Positions 12,893-24,727 of a DNA stretch of 32,000 bases are shown here, one piece after another. Position 1 is the stretch's first letter; the number at the start of each line of letters is the position of its first letter. The position numbers and the translations under genes were made by a program. Location: the NCBI RefSeq assembly GCF_000400465.1, contig NW_008806278.1, positions 110,582-142,581 on the forward strand, in the 5' to 3' direction. Under the pieces are notes generated by a model. It saw only the letters and a program-made list of their open reading frames with translations, had not been told where the DNA came from and ran no database searches. The stretch comes from Wallemia ichthyophaga EXF-994 (taxonomy: Eukaryota; Fungi; Basidiomycota).

Positions 12893-13177
12893 ACTAGATA
12901 ATTGTAATCTGCAATGAAATAAAATTTGATTGAAACTCAGTTACTATCTGTGAGAGACTTCGACGTGGCAGGGCATTTATGCATTGGAAAAATTCCGGTT
13001 TCCAAGGGGACTGCTAGTAATTCAAAAAATCTAAACATTCCACTCTCCAGTTGGATATCTGTTGCGTGAAACGCTCCGACGATTGTGTGATCGAAGAAAT
13101 TTTCAGATTGCTAATAGTTACCAGTTACCGCTTCCGTTTTTCTTCTCATTCATCTTTCAACCCACTTCACAGATACA

Positions 13178-14288
13178 ATGAGCGAGACGCTTACCGCCAC
13201 TACACAAGCTCTCACGCTGAACCAATCAGAGCTCAACGGTCCATTTGAGTACCCAGCCAATTGGGACAAGCACATCGACAGACACCTCACTCCTGCAGTC
13301 GGCACCCAGCTCAAGCAAGGCGTACAGCTCAGCGAAATCCTCGAAAACGACAAACTCGTGCATGAACTGGCGGTGCTGATCAGTCGCAGAGGCGTGGTCA
13401 TCGCCAAAGACCAGGACATAACTCCAGACCAACAAGCTCGCTTGGGTGGGTCTTATGCTCCCTCTGCTGTATTTTCTAATTGCTTCCGCAGGTCAAGCGC
13501 TTGGCGACCTCACCGGGAAACCTAAAAACAGCAAGCTGCATATACACCCGCTTACACCAGACTTTGGCGAATTCGGCCAAGCACCGGCTGTCTTTAGCCT
13601 CGACGACAAGTTCAATCAGGACAAATACGATGAGGAAATCGAAAAGAGCGAACACGCCTCGGCAAACTGGCACACCGATATCACTTTCGAGAATGTCCCT
13701 AGTGACTATGCGATTCTCAAGATGCACACTGTCCCAATTGGCGGTGACACTCTCTGGGCATCTGCATACACAGTCTACGACAAGATTTCACCTACAATGC
13801 GCACCTTCTTGTCTACCTTGACAGCGTCACATCACGCACCTACCTTTCAAGACGCTAAACGCAACTACGGCATCACTTTCCGCGGTGAAAAGGAAGATGA
13901 CGTAGGTAGAGGAAGTGATGAGAATCGCGGAGCACATCTCACAGCGAAACATCCAATCATTCGCACAAACCCAGTCACTGGCTGGCACGGTGTTTTTGTG
14001 AACAAATGCTTCACTAAGAAGATAGATGGGTTGAAGAAGGACGAGAGCGATGCACTGCTCAACTACCTCTACCATCTGCAAAACAGCCACGATGCTCACG
14101 TTCGCTACCAGTGGAGTACGAACGATGTCGCTTTGTGGGATAACCGAACGACTACTCACTGCTGTACGTTAGATACTACCGGTCCCCGTGCTGGCAACCG
14201 CGTACTAGGAATAGGAGAGCGCCCATACTACGATGCTGGAGGATCTTCACGTCTTGAAGACCTCAAGAAGAAGGCTCTTGCAGTCTAA
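13178..14288 (+). CDS. TauD/TfdA-family Fe(II)/2-oxoglutarate dioxygenase (JLP1-like sulfonate dioxygenase), ~354 aa
   Basis: Exons 13178-13445 and 13492-14288; 46-nt intron 13446-13491. WHTDITFE (HxD), GGDTLWAS, HPIIRTNPVTGW, WDNRTTTH. The substrate cannot be assigned from sequence. Confidence 0.9.
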
Positions 14289-14810
14289 AACTTTACTTGC
14301 ATCTTCGCCTAGCGATATTTCTTCTCTTTTAGCTCCGATCTCGCAAAGTTATTTCAACATATCTATACCAAACATAGAAAGAGCACAGTGTCCCATCAGC
14401 TCGCTGGCACATTCTTTATTCTTATGATCATGACTAACGTACACTTAACTGTATCCTACCAACCAATATATACTAATTTCGAAACACTAATGAAGTTTTT
14501 TCCGTGAAGGTATGCAAACGAGGAGGATGAGGTGTGCGCTAAGAATTGGAACTTTATTCTCCAAATGAGCCGAACATGCCGAACATGCCCTTATCATTGC
14601 CAGCATTACGTATGTATCATTGTGCGACATTTCAGAAAGTAAAACGAGTTCTGTCAGCAGCACTTTAAGGGATTATTGCGTGTGTGTTACGCCATTTTAA
14701 TCGGTGCAAAATGACCTGCGAGTGACATTATCCCTCGCTTACCACTCTCTGTCTTCTCTCATACCACCAACACGAACACACTCTCCAAGCAAGAGAGATA
14801 CCCTTTTCCA

Positions 14811-14857
14811 GTAAGCCTCACTGCGATCTACACAAACAGTAGCTCAATCTACACTAG
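14811..14857 (+). other. Probable 5'UTR intron of the P4-ATPase gene
   Basis: GTAAGC donor, CTCAAT branch-like motif, TAG acceptor. Its 47-nt length matches the modal intron size of the window, and it ends 35 nt before the ATG. An alternative AAG acceptor lies at 14872. Confidence 0.5.
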
Positions 14858-14892
14858 CTTCTTACACTCAAGGTTACTGATACTACTGCGGT

Positions 14893-17800
14893 ATGCCAAA
14901 TTCCATAGCAAGTTCAGCAAAGCATTTGATTGAAGATGACACAGACGACGACACAATCAACTCACCGCTCAATGTTGATCCAAATCTCAGATTGAGAACT
15001 GTGCGCTCAGCCTCTAGCTCTATTCGTGAAGCACATCGTCACGATAAGCGCAGAGAGTCAAAGCGTAAGCGATTAAGGGAGAAGGTCAAGAAGGCTGCGA
15101 ACAAGCTAAAAGACAAAAATGCCACTGTTCCTGACAAGTCACCAGTTGACGGCAACAGACGTAACGTATATGCCAACATCCCCTTACCACCTTACGAGCT
15201 AAGCAAGACTGGCGATCCAATTGCAAAATACCCCAGAAATAAAGTCAGGACCGCCAAATATACGTTAATTACATTCATACCAAAGAATCTATTGGAGCAA
15301 TTTAGGAGAGTTGCCAACATATATTTCTTACTTCTGGTGATATTGCAGATATTCCCTATTTTTGGCGCAACTACTCCACAGGTTGCAATGCTTCCCCTTG
15401 TCGCTATCTTGGTAATAACAGGCATAAAGGACGCTATTGAGGACTATCGACGAAATGTCTTAGATAGTCAGGTCAATCATTCAGTTACCACAAAGTTAAA
15501 CAACTTTAAAAATGTCAATATACCCGAAGATGATAGATCGCTTTTCGAGAAGACATTTAATATCGACAAAGGTACGAGCAGAGGTCAGCGTAAGTTGCAC
15601 GATAGCAACGCGGCGGGTTTGACGGATAGTGTTCTGTATATGCATGGAAACAAGGCAGATACAATGACCTCCCTTACACCATCAAACAATACTATCGGTG
15701 TAGTGGATTACGCAAACCAGACACCAGGTACATCTAGGTGGGAACGGACGTTTTGGAAAAAGCTACAGGTTGGCGACTTTGTTCTTCTTCGAGAGAATGA
15801 TCAGATACCTGCTGATGTAGTTCTGTTGTCAACTTCGGACCCTGATGGCATGGCTTTCGTAGAGACCAAGAATCTCGACGGAGAAACCAACCTCAAGCCG
15901 AAGAAATGTCTCAAAGCCACTTCAGGCCTCTGCTCGGAAGAAGACATTGAGCACTCCCAATTTTTGATAGACAGTGAGCCTCCAAATGCTAATTTGTACT
16001 CATACAACGGTGTCCTGCGCTACAAACCTCGCAAAACTCCCGAAAGCACAGTTACACAGGAGGCAGTCGAGCCGGCGACTGCATCGGAGCTACTATTAAG
16101 AGGATGTTCGCTCAGGAATACACGGTGGGCTATCGGATTTGTTGTTTTTACCGGTGGCGATACCAAGATAATGCTCAATGGTGGAGAAACTCCGTCGAAA
16201 CGATCAAAAATTGAGAAGGAGACCAACTTCAACGTAGCTATGAACTTTATCATCTTGATTGCGATGTGTGCCATTGCGGCCATTGCGAATGGTATGTATT
16301 GGAATAGTGATGACACCAGTTCACGGCTATATGAACAAGATGCTATGATGGATTCAAAAGTATCGATCAACTCTCTCATTACCTTTTGTGCTTGTCTTAT
16401 AGCATTCCAAAATATTGTAAGCGATATTTGCGGACAAGTGATTTTTCTGATAAGCATTCAAGGTCCCTATATCTCTTTATATATCTATCGAAATTGTCAA
16501 GACTATTCAAGCATTCTTTATCTGGCAGGTAGGTATATGGTACAATTTGAAGATAATACTGACTCATCTGAAAGGATTTGGATATGTATTATCCAGAACT
16601 AGATCATCCATGTGTCCCAAAAAGCTGGAACATATCTGACGATCTTGGTCAAATAGAGTACATTTTCTCCGACAAGACAGGCACGCTAACACAAAACGTG
16701 ATGGAGTTCAAAAAGTGCTCTATCGCAGGCAAGGAATATGGAGAAGGAATAACGGAGGCTATGCTTGGTGCGGCCAAGCGCGAAGGACGTGAACTTAACT
16801 TTAACAGTGAGCAACATGGTTTTGAGATTGCAGAGATGAAAAAGGAAATGATGCAAAAAATGGGAAATGCATTTACCAACAAATACTTTCAATCTGAGCA
16901 CTTAACATTGATCTCACCAAATCTAGTCAGTGATCTGATTGAGTCTGATAGGAAGCATTCAATATATCATTTCTTCAGAGCATTAGCAATTTGTCACGAT
17001 GTCATTGCATCTGTACCAGATGACTCCCAACCATTCAAACTCGAGTACAAAGCTCAGTCACCAGATGAAGCGGCGTTGGTAGCTACAGCGCGCGATATGG
17101 GATTCGCGTTTGTTAATAGATCGAATACATGGCTGGAACTGAATGTATGCGGGAATGTCGAGCGGTACACTCCACTCAAAATACTCGAATTCAATTCATC
17201 GAGGAAGCGGATGAGCGTTGTTGTGAGAACAACTGACGGACGGAACCTTCTCCTGTGTAAGGGTGCAGACTCGGTTATTAGTGAGAGATTGCGCGTAGAT
17301 CATGATAGGTATTTGTTCAATGAGACGATGAGAGATCTTGAAGAATTTGCCAACTCGGGTCTGCGTACACTGCTCGTAGCACAACGTGAAGTGTCGCAGA
17401 AGGAGTATCATGAGTGGGAGGCGGTGTATGATAAAGCAGCAGCTTCGATAACAGATCGAGAAGAGGAGATCGAGAAAAGCTGCGATTTGATTGAACGTGA
17501 TTTGGTAATAGTAGGCGCTACAGCCCTGGAAGACAAGCTGCAGGAGGGTGTACCTGACTCCATCCAGACACTGCACAAAGCAGGTATTAAGTTGTGGATT
17601 CTGACAGGCGATAAAGTTCAGACAGCTATCGAAATAGGCTTTAGTTGCAATTTGCTAGATAATGGAATGGAAATAATGATATTATCAGCTGAAAACACGC
17701 ATGACACGCTTCTACAGATCGAATCAAGTCTGAATAAGCTACAGTCGACGGACAGTAATGATAGATTCATAGATAAGAAGTATGCTGTTGTGGTGGACGG

Positions 17801-19264
17801 GGAGACGTTGAAATATGCGCTCAATGAAGAGAATAAGAGCCAGTTCTTGAATCTTGGTACACAATGCGAGACAGTACTCTGCTGTCGAGTGTCACCATCC
17901 CAGAAAGCTCAGACTGTGAGTCTTGTGAAGGAGGGCAAAAAGGCAATGACGCTTTCGATAGGTGATGGTGCAAATGATGTTGCCATGATCCAGCAGGCGA
18001 ACATCGGTATCGGGATAGCAGGTTTAGAAGGTGCTCAAGCGTCCATGTCAGCAGACTATGCAATTGGACAGTTTAGATGTGAGTGAAAGTGTATTTCAGT
18101 AGCACTATATGCTAATGCGATTATAAAGACCTCACGCACCTTCTCCTCGTTCATGGCAGGTGGTCTTACATTCGGATAGCAGAGATGCACGCGAATTTCT
18201 TCTTCAAGAACATAATATTTACGCTGATCATGTTTCTCTACCTGATATACTGCTCATTCGACGCAACGTATCTATTCGAATACACTTACATCATGTTTTA
18301 CAACCTCCTCTTTACATCGCTACCGGTGATAATAATGGGGGCGTTCGAACAGGATGTCAACGCAACCGCGTCACTCGCTTTTCCGCAACTCTACAAACGT
18401 GGCATAGCTGGTCTAGAGTATACGCGCACCAAGTTCTGGCTGTACATGTTAGACGGCTGTTATCAGGCTTGTGTATGTTTCTTCGTAGCGTATGGAGCAT
18501 ATATTGGTGGAACGACGCAGAGCTACTCGGGTCGGGATGCCAATAGTCTTTGGGAAGTCGGGGTGACGATATGCTGTACATGCGTTCTCTGCGCAAATGG
18601 CTACGTCGGTCTGAACACCAAGTACTGGACATGGATGGTGTGGACTGTGAATATCGTAACTACCTTACTAGTATTCATATGGACAGCGCTGTATTCTGCA
18701 TTTGACGGACAAAATTTTCACGGGGAGGTCATTGACGTCTTCTCCTCAGCTACATTTTGGTTCACAGTTGTAATCACGCCAGTGATTGCTCTCGCGCCGC
18801 GCTTTATTATCAAATTGGCCCACAACACATATATGCCAATGGACAAGGATATAATTCGCGAGCGGTGGATTGTCGGTCATCTCAAAGACGAACTGGGGGT
18901 GAAACATAGAAGGGAAATCGAGCAAGAGGAGCGCCAACACAAGCTGGTTGCTATACCTGAAGATGTAGAGATGGGTGTCACGAATGGACACGCCTCAATA
19001 GCCAGTTTCGGACTGGGGCGTAGTGTGGATGATGATGATGACAGCTATGTGAGGGAGGAGGAAAATGGGAAGAATCAACTGCAGCTACCGCCATTGGCTG
19101 TGTGGCAGCCGATGTCGCGGTCTGTGACGAGCTCACGAACGACACCATACAACATAGCTTCAGGGAGCGTGTCTGAATTGGAAATGAATGAGTATCCGCC
19201 GACGTCGCCTGTGCGGTATAGTGGAAGGAATCCGATGAGTGAGAGTAGGGAGCCGTTGGTGTAA
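14893..19264 (+). CDS. P4-ATPase phospholipid flippase, Dnf1/Dnf2 type, ~1409 aa
   Basis: Exons 14893-16416, 16463-16528, 16575-18078, 18129-19264; introns 46, 46, 50 nt. DGETNLK, FQNIVPISLY (TM4), SDKTGTLT phosphorylation site, TGDK, GDGAND, LLLVHGRWSY. Confidence 0.95.
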
Positions 19265-19474
19265 ATGTATACCTTCTTTTTGAATAAAGAGTGTGTGGTG
19301 TGTGATGTAAGCTGTGCAAATGAACAAGGAAGCGGATGAGCATAGTGTGAGCAGTCTTAAAGTAGAATATAAATGTAAATAGATAATTCACTGTGAATAA
19401 ATTTTTATAAATTTTACAAACGAAAATCATGACAGGCGACTTCTTCATCCTATCCTGCACAAGAAATAAACAAG

Positions 19475-20006
19475 ATGGACGTACAAAAACTGCAGAAAAT
19501 GCAAGCTGCATCACGCACAGGTGTGTTGAGTGTACAGCAGCACACATGCAATCTCTAACAGACAACAAGGCGGTAAGAACGCACCACGTCGTAAACAAGT
19601 CCGCAAGCCACACACCGAGGCTGATGACCAAAAGATTCAAGCAGCTTTGAAGAAGATTAATGTGCAGCATGTTCCAGGTATTGACGAGGTCAACATGTTC
19701 AAAGAAGACGGCAATGTAATCCACTTCGCTAAGCCAATTGTTCACAGCGCAGAAAGCGCCAACACTACGGCTGTTTACGGTAGAGCTCAGAACAAGGAGT
19801 TGACTGAACTCGTACCAGGTATCCTTCCACAACTTGGTGCCGACTCGCTCGCCAATCTCAGAAGACTCGCGGAGCAATACCAGCAACTCACCCAAGCACA
19901 GCAGCAGCAGGCCGTCAACAAAGCTAAGGAGGACGGCAATGACGATGACGTGCCTGATTTGGTCGAGAACTTTGAGAATGGCGATGAGAACAAGAATGTT
20001 GATTAG
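19475..20006 (+). CDS. EGD1: Nascent polypeptide-associated complex beta subunit (BTF3-like), ~160 aa
   Basis: Exons 19475-19520 and 19570-20006; 49-nt intron 19521-19569 (GTGTGT..AAG). [66 protein letters not shown]. Confidence 0.93.
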
Positions 20007-20134
20007 ATGATTTTATTGAGAGTGTTATTCTTGTTATAAGAAAGATAAATTAAAAAATGAAACAAATATATCGAATTGATTGGTTATAATACTTTTGGAA
20101 AGAAAAGACACCCATTTTATTGGTAACGCACGTT

Positions 20135-22865
20135 TTAGTTATACGAACCAGAATTAATCTTGTCACGCAGAGTAGCTAACCACTGCGAATACGACAGACC
20201 CATCTCGAAGCGGTCCTCAACGAGAAGTGAAAGAGCCCATGAGCGGAGACTAGGATCGCCGTCTTCCTTAACGAGATAGAGGTGTGGTTTGTAAGGGCCT
20301 CTTCTCGACTCTCTAACCTTATTTACGATGCCATTCACGCGTGCGGACATGGCGTTATCGAGCAGTGGGAGTGTAATCTTGCCCGGTCTGAGATCTTGCA
20401 GAGTGGGCAAGTTAAAGACGTCGAGTACGAGTTGCGGCACGGCATCGCGACCGATCCACAAGAACATCTGTTGACCATCTTCAATTAGATAGAGTCCATG
20501 ACGCTCGAACTTCTCGATAGTGAGATTCAATCTGGGTGGGAGGACGAGTCCACCTTCGCTCAACATCCCAGCCTGTGAGGGTTAGTGTTAGTGTTGACAC
20601 CCTAAACAAACACTTTCTACTCACCTCGGCAGGCATGTTGTGCAGCGAGTAGAGCGTAGGGTAGAGATATGGTATAAGCGCCTGTGTGGGGAGGGTAGTG
20701 AGGAGAGTCTGGGCATAAGCGCGCAGATCTGATGGAATATGACTACTCTGTCTTAAACCAATATTCTTGAGTAGACCGAGAAGGAGAAGGGGAAGATGGC
20801 GCATGTTTTCGCTGACCATCAACTGCGCTGATGCGCCACCTCCTGCTGTCATGGTAGATTTGTATTGACCAAAAATATCGACAAGCTTGTTGAGCACTGC
20901 ATCTCGAGCATCCTCCAGCTTACTCGACTGCGAGCGCTCGACGGCCTTGTTAGCAAGGAGGGTGGCAATGGCATTTTCGTCAGCCGAAGCGTATATCTCC
21001 GCCGGATTCGACGATGTAGGCAGAGCGAGGGTAACTACGCGAATGCGACGCTCACCGTAACACGTCGTGTGCAGCACCGCAGTTTGGAACACGACAAATG
21101 GTACATTCAAGTTCTCCTCTAGTGTCACCTCCGCACAATAGGACTGGTCGATAGGGACAGTAGGCATCGCGAGGAGATCGGTGGAGCGCACGAAGAAATT
21201 ACCGTGGTACTCTGACATACGCACTCCACGTGTGGCGCGCACGCGCATTACGGCCTCAAGGGCGATAGGCGAGCTAAGGACGATAGATAGCTCGTGGGCC
21301 AATTTAAGCGCATCCTCAATCCGTGATGCATTAAAGCCGGGGTAGAAATAGGTACCGCCAGACGTGTACTTGGGGAGGCATTGCAGCGTTGCGACATCCT
21401 GGTATGGCGAACCAAAGAGGAACATGTCCACGGAGATTTGCGATCTGGAGCAGTCGATAGCGAGATTTTTGTAGAAGCCACCGCCTTGTGGTTGGAGTAG
21501 GGAGGACTCTTTAGTGGTTCCGAGGATCTTGATGTCTTCGCGATTCTTGAGTGCACCTTGACCAACATTGGGGAGTTGGGCAGTCATTACCATGATTTTA
21601 CCACCAAAAGGACCAATAAGCTGGACAGCGGCTTTGAGAGCAGTACCCATAGCAGATTCAGGACCAGAAGAGGAGATGAACATGTCAGACAGGTTAGAGA
21701 GAAGATTTTCAATAGCAGCTCTGCACTCTGAAAGATTAACGAGGAGGTCGTTAGGTGTAGGTAGGAAGGGATCGTCAAGGTCACCAACTACTAACATATT
21801 TGGATCAGAGCTGTTAGGAGGAAGATTGAAAAAGTGGAGAGCGTGATTAACAGCGATTAAACAAACTTTTGTTCTTCCGTCTTCGTTGGGAATACGATCT
21901 AAAGTCTCTAAAATAGTTCTCGCGACGGTTGCAACCATACCGGATTGGATGGAAGAGTAAGAAACGTCGATCAAGAAAGCGTAAACGGGAGGCTGAGGAG
22001 GTCGAACCATGTACTCTGAAGGAGCAACGAATTCAACGACAGAGTGATTCAATTCAGCTCTATTAAAGCGATCAGTAGGCTGATTAGTGATTGGGTCCCA
22101 ATCGAACATCTGAGGAACTTCATTTGAGAGGTTGCAAATGGAGCACTTCCAACGAGTACCACCTTCTAAAAAGGTAACGTAAGGGTTTATGTAAGTTCTG
22201 CATCTTCTGCATCTGGATATAACCGTGTCAGTGATGACAGGGATATCATCTTCACCTGAGTCGATGGAGCGGTAAGGGGTGAGTATAATAGATAAGGGAA
22301 TTTTAAGTTTGTTGATTAGAGATTGAGTTGTTGGTACAACGTTGAGTGTTGATCTCTTGAACGAGTGGTGAGCGTTGGCGGTGGGGGAATTGGAGATTGA
22401 TGCATTGGGTGGGAGTTGAACCGGAGGCGGTGGGTTATCGTAAATGTCATTAGGATTTGGTTGGTAGCCGATGAGATTGATTGAGTTGGCAGTAGAGCGG
22501 GGTTTTGAGTTTAAATCAAATTGGCTGAATTGATTGGAGAGATTGTTGAGTGGTTGGTTGGATTCAGTGGGAGCACCACCACCAACGCCAGCACCACCAC
22601 CTGGAGTGAATAATTGCTGTGGTTGAGCTTGCTGTGGTTGCTGTGGAGCACCATAATAAGCCTGGGCTTGTTGATTAGCTAGTTGCCTTCTAGCTTTCTG
22701 ATTGGTTGCAACAGAAGGAACTTCCCACTGAGATTGATTGGTGAGTGTGTTGACATAGTAAGCTTGACCAGTTGAAGGGTCGCTAATAGCAATTTTAGAG
22801 AAATCACTCTTGAAACGCAAGGCTTACGTATATTCCAACCAATTTGGAGGTAGATTCGTAGACAT
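20135..22865 (-). CDS. SEC24: COPII coat subunit Sec24 with an N-terminal WW domain, ~877 aa
   Basis: Exons 22865-22828, 22782-20625, 20572-20135; introns 22827-22783 (45 nt) and 20624-20573 (52 nt). Zn finger [17 protein letters not shown], trunk [25 protein letters not shown]-terminal gelsolin-like repeat. Splicing the 38-nt first exon creates [31 protein letters not shown]. Confidence 0.95.
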
Positions 22866-22920
22866 TGGTGATACTCAACCTGGTTGAACCACGTCAAACG
22901 ATATATTTGAGGAGATTGAA

Positions 22921-24036
22921 ATGAAAAATAAATTAGTTGAATGGATAAATAGTGAGGAGAGTTATCTAAATTTGGATATTAGAACACTAGCCTATGCAAC
23001 TCAATACAGTAATCATTATATGCTCAACAACCAGCCATTCAAATTCGTAGTCTTGTTTGGATATTTACTTACGATTGAACTTAAATTTGGTAAACTAATC
23101 TTTTATTTGGAAGATGGTACTGATGTTATACGTTGTTTTCTGCCTATTCAAACTGATTCTTCACCTCAATTCTCTATCGCAGACGCTGTTTCCATTACGG
23201 GAAAATTAGACACTTACAACAACAAACGCATCATTTACATCAACAGCATTGCGAAGCAATCGAATTTAAACTTGGAAACTCATTCTATCGCGCTTGTTGA
23301 TCAGGCTGTTCACAACTCTCACTCTTTCATCCTCCCTTCCTCCACAAATCTCATTAAACAATCTGTAGACTCCCAAACTCGCCCTAGAAAGAAACCTAAG
23401 CTTACTTCGAAACTCTCTCATCCTTCGAAACTCTCTCACAATGACCTTACCCCGCACACTTTCGAGATTTACATGAAGAATTTCATCAATCTCAATTCAC
23501 AGCATAACATATCTATCTTATCACTCAAACTGAGTAACTCTCTACGACTACTCGCTCGAAGGCTTTACGATTTGAGACATCAGACAAGACTTAATCCATC
23601 ATCATCCTCGGAATCAAAACACGCCAAGATAGATAGGTTATACACTCAATCACTCAATAATTTAGTGAAGAAAGGAGAACTCATCGTATATGATGCTATT
23701 TCATTTGATTCTAGCTCGATCGAACTAACTGAGCCACCATCACAAGATGAAGATGACCCCCTAGAATCTGACTTGAGTGGTTTATACGAACACTACAAAT
23801 GTCCTTCTGGACCTCTACTTAAAGACGCGTTATTCAATGTCATGTCTAACCTCAAACATCAAGCATCTCTTCAAATCATCCACAATAAAGTCACAAACTA
23901 CCAAGAGAACCTCTCTACTCTCTCACAAGATAGCATCCAGATTGGTCTCGATTGGTTGGTAGAGTATGACTACGCTAGCGTCACTAAATGTGAAAACAAA
24001 CCCGATAAATATAAATTAACAATAGCTACCGACTAA
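22921..24036 (+). CDS. OB-fold protein, probably CST-complex subunit Stn1, 371 aa, intronless
   Basis: N-terminal OB-fold pattern VVLFGYL..YLEDGTDVIRC..VSITGKL..KRIIYINSI..NLETH resembles Stn1/RPA2 OB folds. Length and a helical C-terminal half fit Stn1 better than RPA2. The sequence is divergent, so the call is moderate. Confidence 0.6.
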   Translation: MKNKLVEWINSEESYLNLDIRTLAYATQYSNHYMLNNQPFKFVVLFGYLLTIELKFGKLIFYLEDGTDVIRCFLPIQTDSSPQFSIADAVSITGKLDTYNNKRIIYINSIAKQSNLNLETHSIALVDQAVHNSHSFILPSSTNLIKQSVDSQTRPRKKPKLTSKLSHPSKLSHNDLTPHTFEIYMKNFINLNSQHNISILSLKLSNSLRLLARRLYDLRHQTRLNPSSSSESKHAKIDRLYTQSLNNLVKKGELIVYDAISFDSSSIELTEPPSQDEDDPLESDLSGLYEHYKCPSGPLLKDALFNVMSNLKHQASLQIIHNKVTNYQENLSTLSQDSIQIGLDWLVEYDYASVTKCENKPDKYKLTIATD

Positions 24037-24506
24037 TAATCAACATAATACTCGTCAGGCTGATCAGCTGACGCGGGTTGCATACCAAAGTCATCCTCGC
24101 CGTTGTTAATACCCTCAATAGATATCTTATGGAACTCAGCCTTCATCTCATCCTGAAAATTGGCACACTCAGCCAACAAAGTCGTCGCAGCACTTTTAAG
24201 AGCATCTTTAGGGGTAATGGTATTAGCAACGGTCTGTACCCTAACCTCTGAACGTGGATTGAGTGGATGGGGCACTCTATAACCAGAAAATATCACGTCC
24301 TTGTTCTTTGTCATTTCATTGGAGATGAGATTAGCGATGGTGTGGTCTTGCCTATTTAAGGTGATAGTGCTGGTCGAAGGGATGCGCGAATCGTCGACGA
24401 CGCTGACTCTTAGTGTGTATTAGACGTGGCCGCGAAGGTATCAGGCAACCCACTTAGGCTCTTCATCTGGAACAATAAACAATTCTGATCTATTTGGTGC
24501 GTTCAT
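24033..24506 (-). CDS. RPB11: RNA polymerase II subunit RPB11, ~142 aa
   Basis: Exons 24506-24454 and 24408-24033; 45-nt intron 24453-24409. MNAPNRSELF..QDHTIANLI..FSGYRVPHPL..RVQT..TPKDAL. YRVPHPL favours RPB11 over AC19. About 25 aa of acidic C-terminal tail. Confidence 0.92.
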
Positions 24507-24530
24507 GAGGTGTTATACAAGTGGGTCAAT

Positions 24531-24725
24531 CTAATAGAAAGGCGAGGTTAGATGGGTTTGGTTATCTACGCCAGCCACGCTTCCACGTTTCAGAATGTGG
24601 TAAAGTCTGATGTCGACATGCGCTGTGCATTAAGACAGGGATAACTGTAAGAAAGTACTTCTCATCAGGGTGTACAGCGTGTACAACGCAGAAGCGTGGA
24701 TGGCTGTAGCTATGGCTAGACTTAC
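24531..24725 (-). other. RPB11 5'UTR intron 2 (195 nt), snoRNA host
   Basis: GTAAGT donor at 24725, CTAAC branch at 24551-24547, pyrimidine tract and TAG acceptor ending at 24531. This leaves a 24-nt leader before the RPB11 ATG. Confidence 0.75.
24587..24672 (-). ncRNA. SNR38: Box C/D snoRNA, snR38-like (guide for LSU Gm2815 equivalent)
   Basis: C box TGATGA (24667-24662); 13-nt antisense CAGTTATCCCTGT (24647-24635) complementary to LSU ACAGGGAUAACUG; D' variant CTTA (24634-24631); D box CTGA (24593-24590). The +5 rule selects the middle G of GGG, i.e. yeast G2815 in the peptidyl transferase centre. End coordinates are approximate. Confidence 0.88.
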
Positions 24726-24727
24726 AC

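Noticed and set aside
14569-14589. Direct repeat GCCGAACAT x2.3
   Set aside because: It is too short for an array and is probably a slippage duplication. I cannot support a function.
18978-19895. 305-aa minus-strand ORF
   Set aside because: It is an antisense shadow over beta-NAC and the flippase 3' end, starts at a non-ATG codon and has no recognisable motif.
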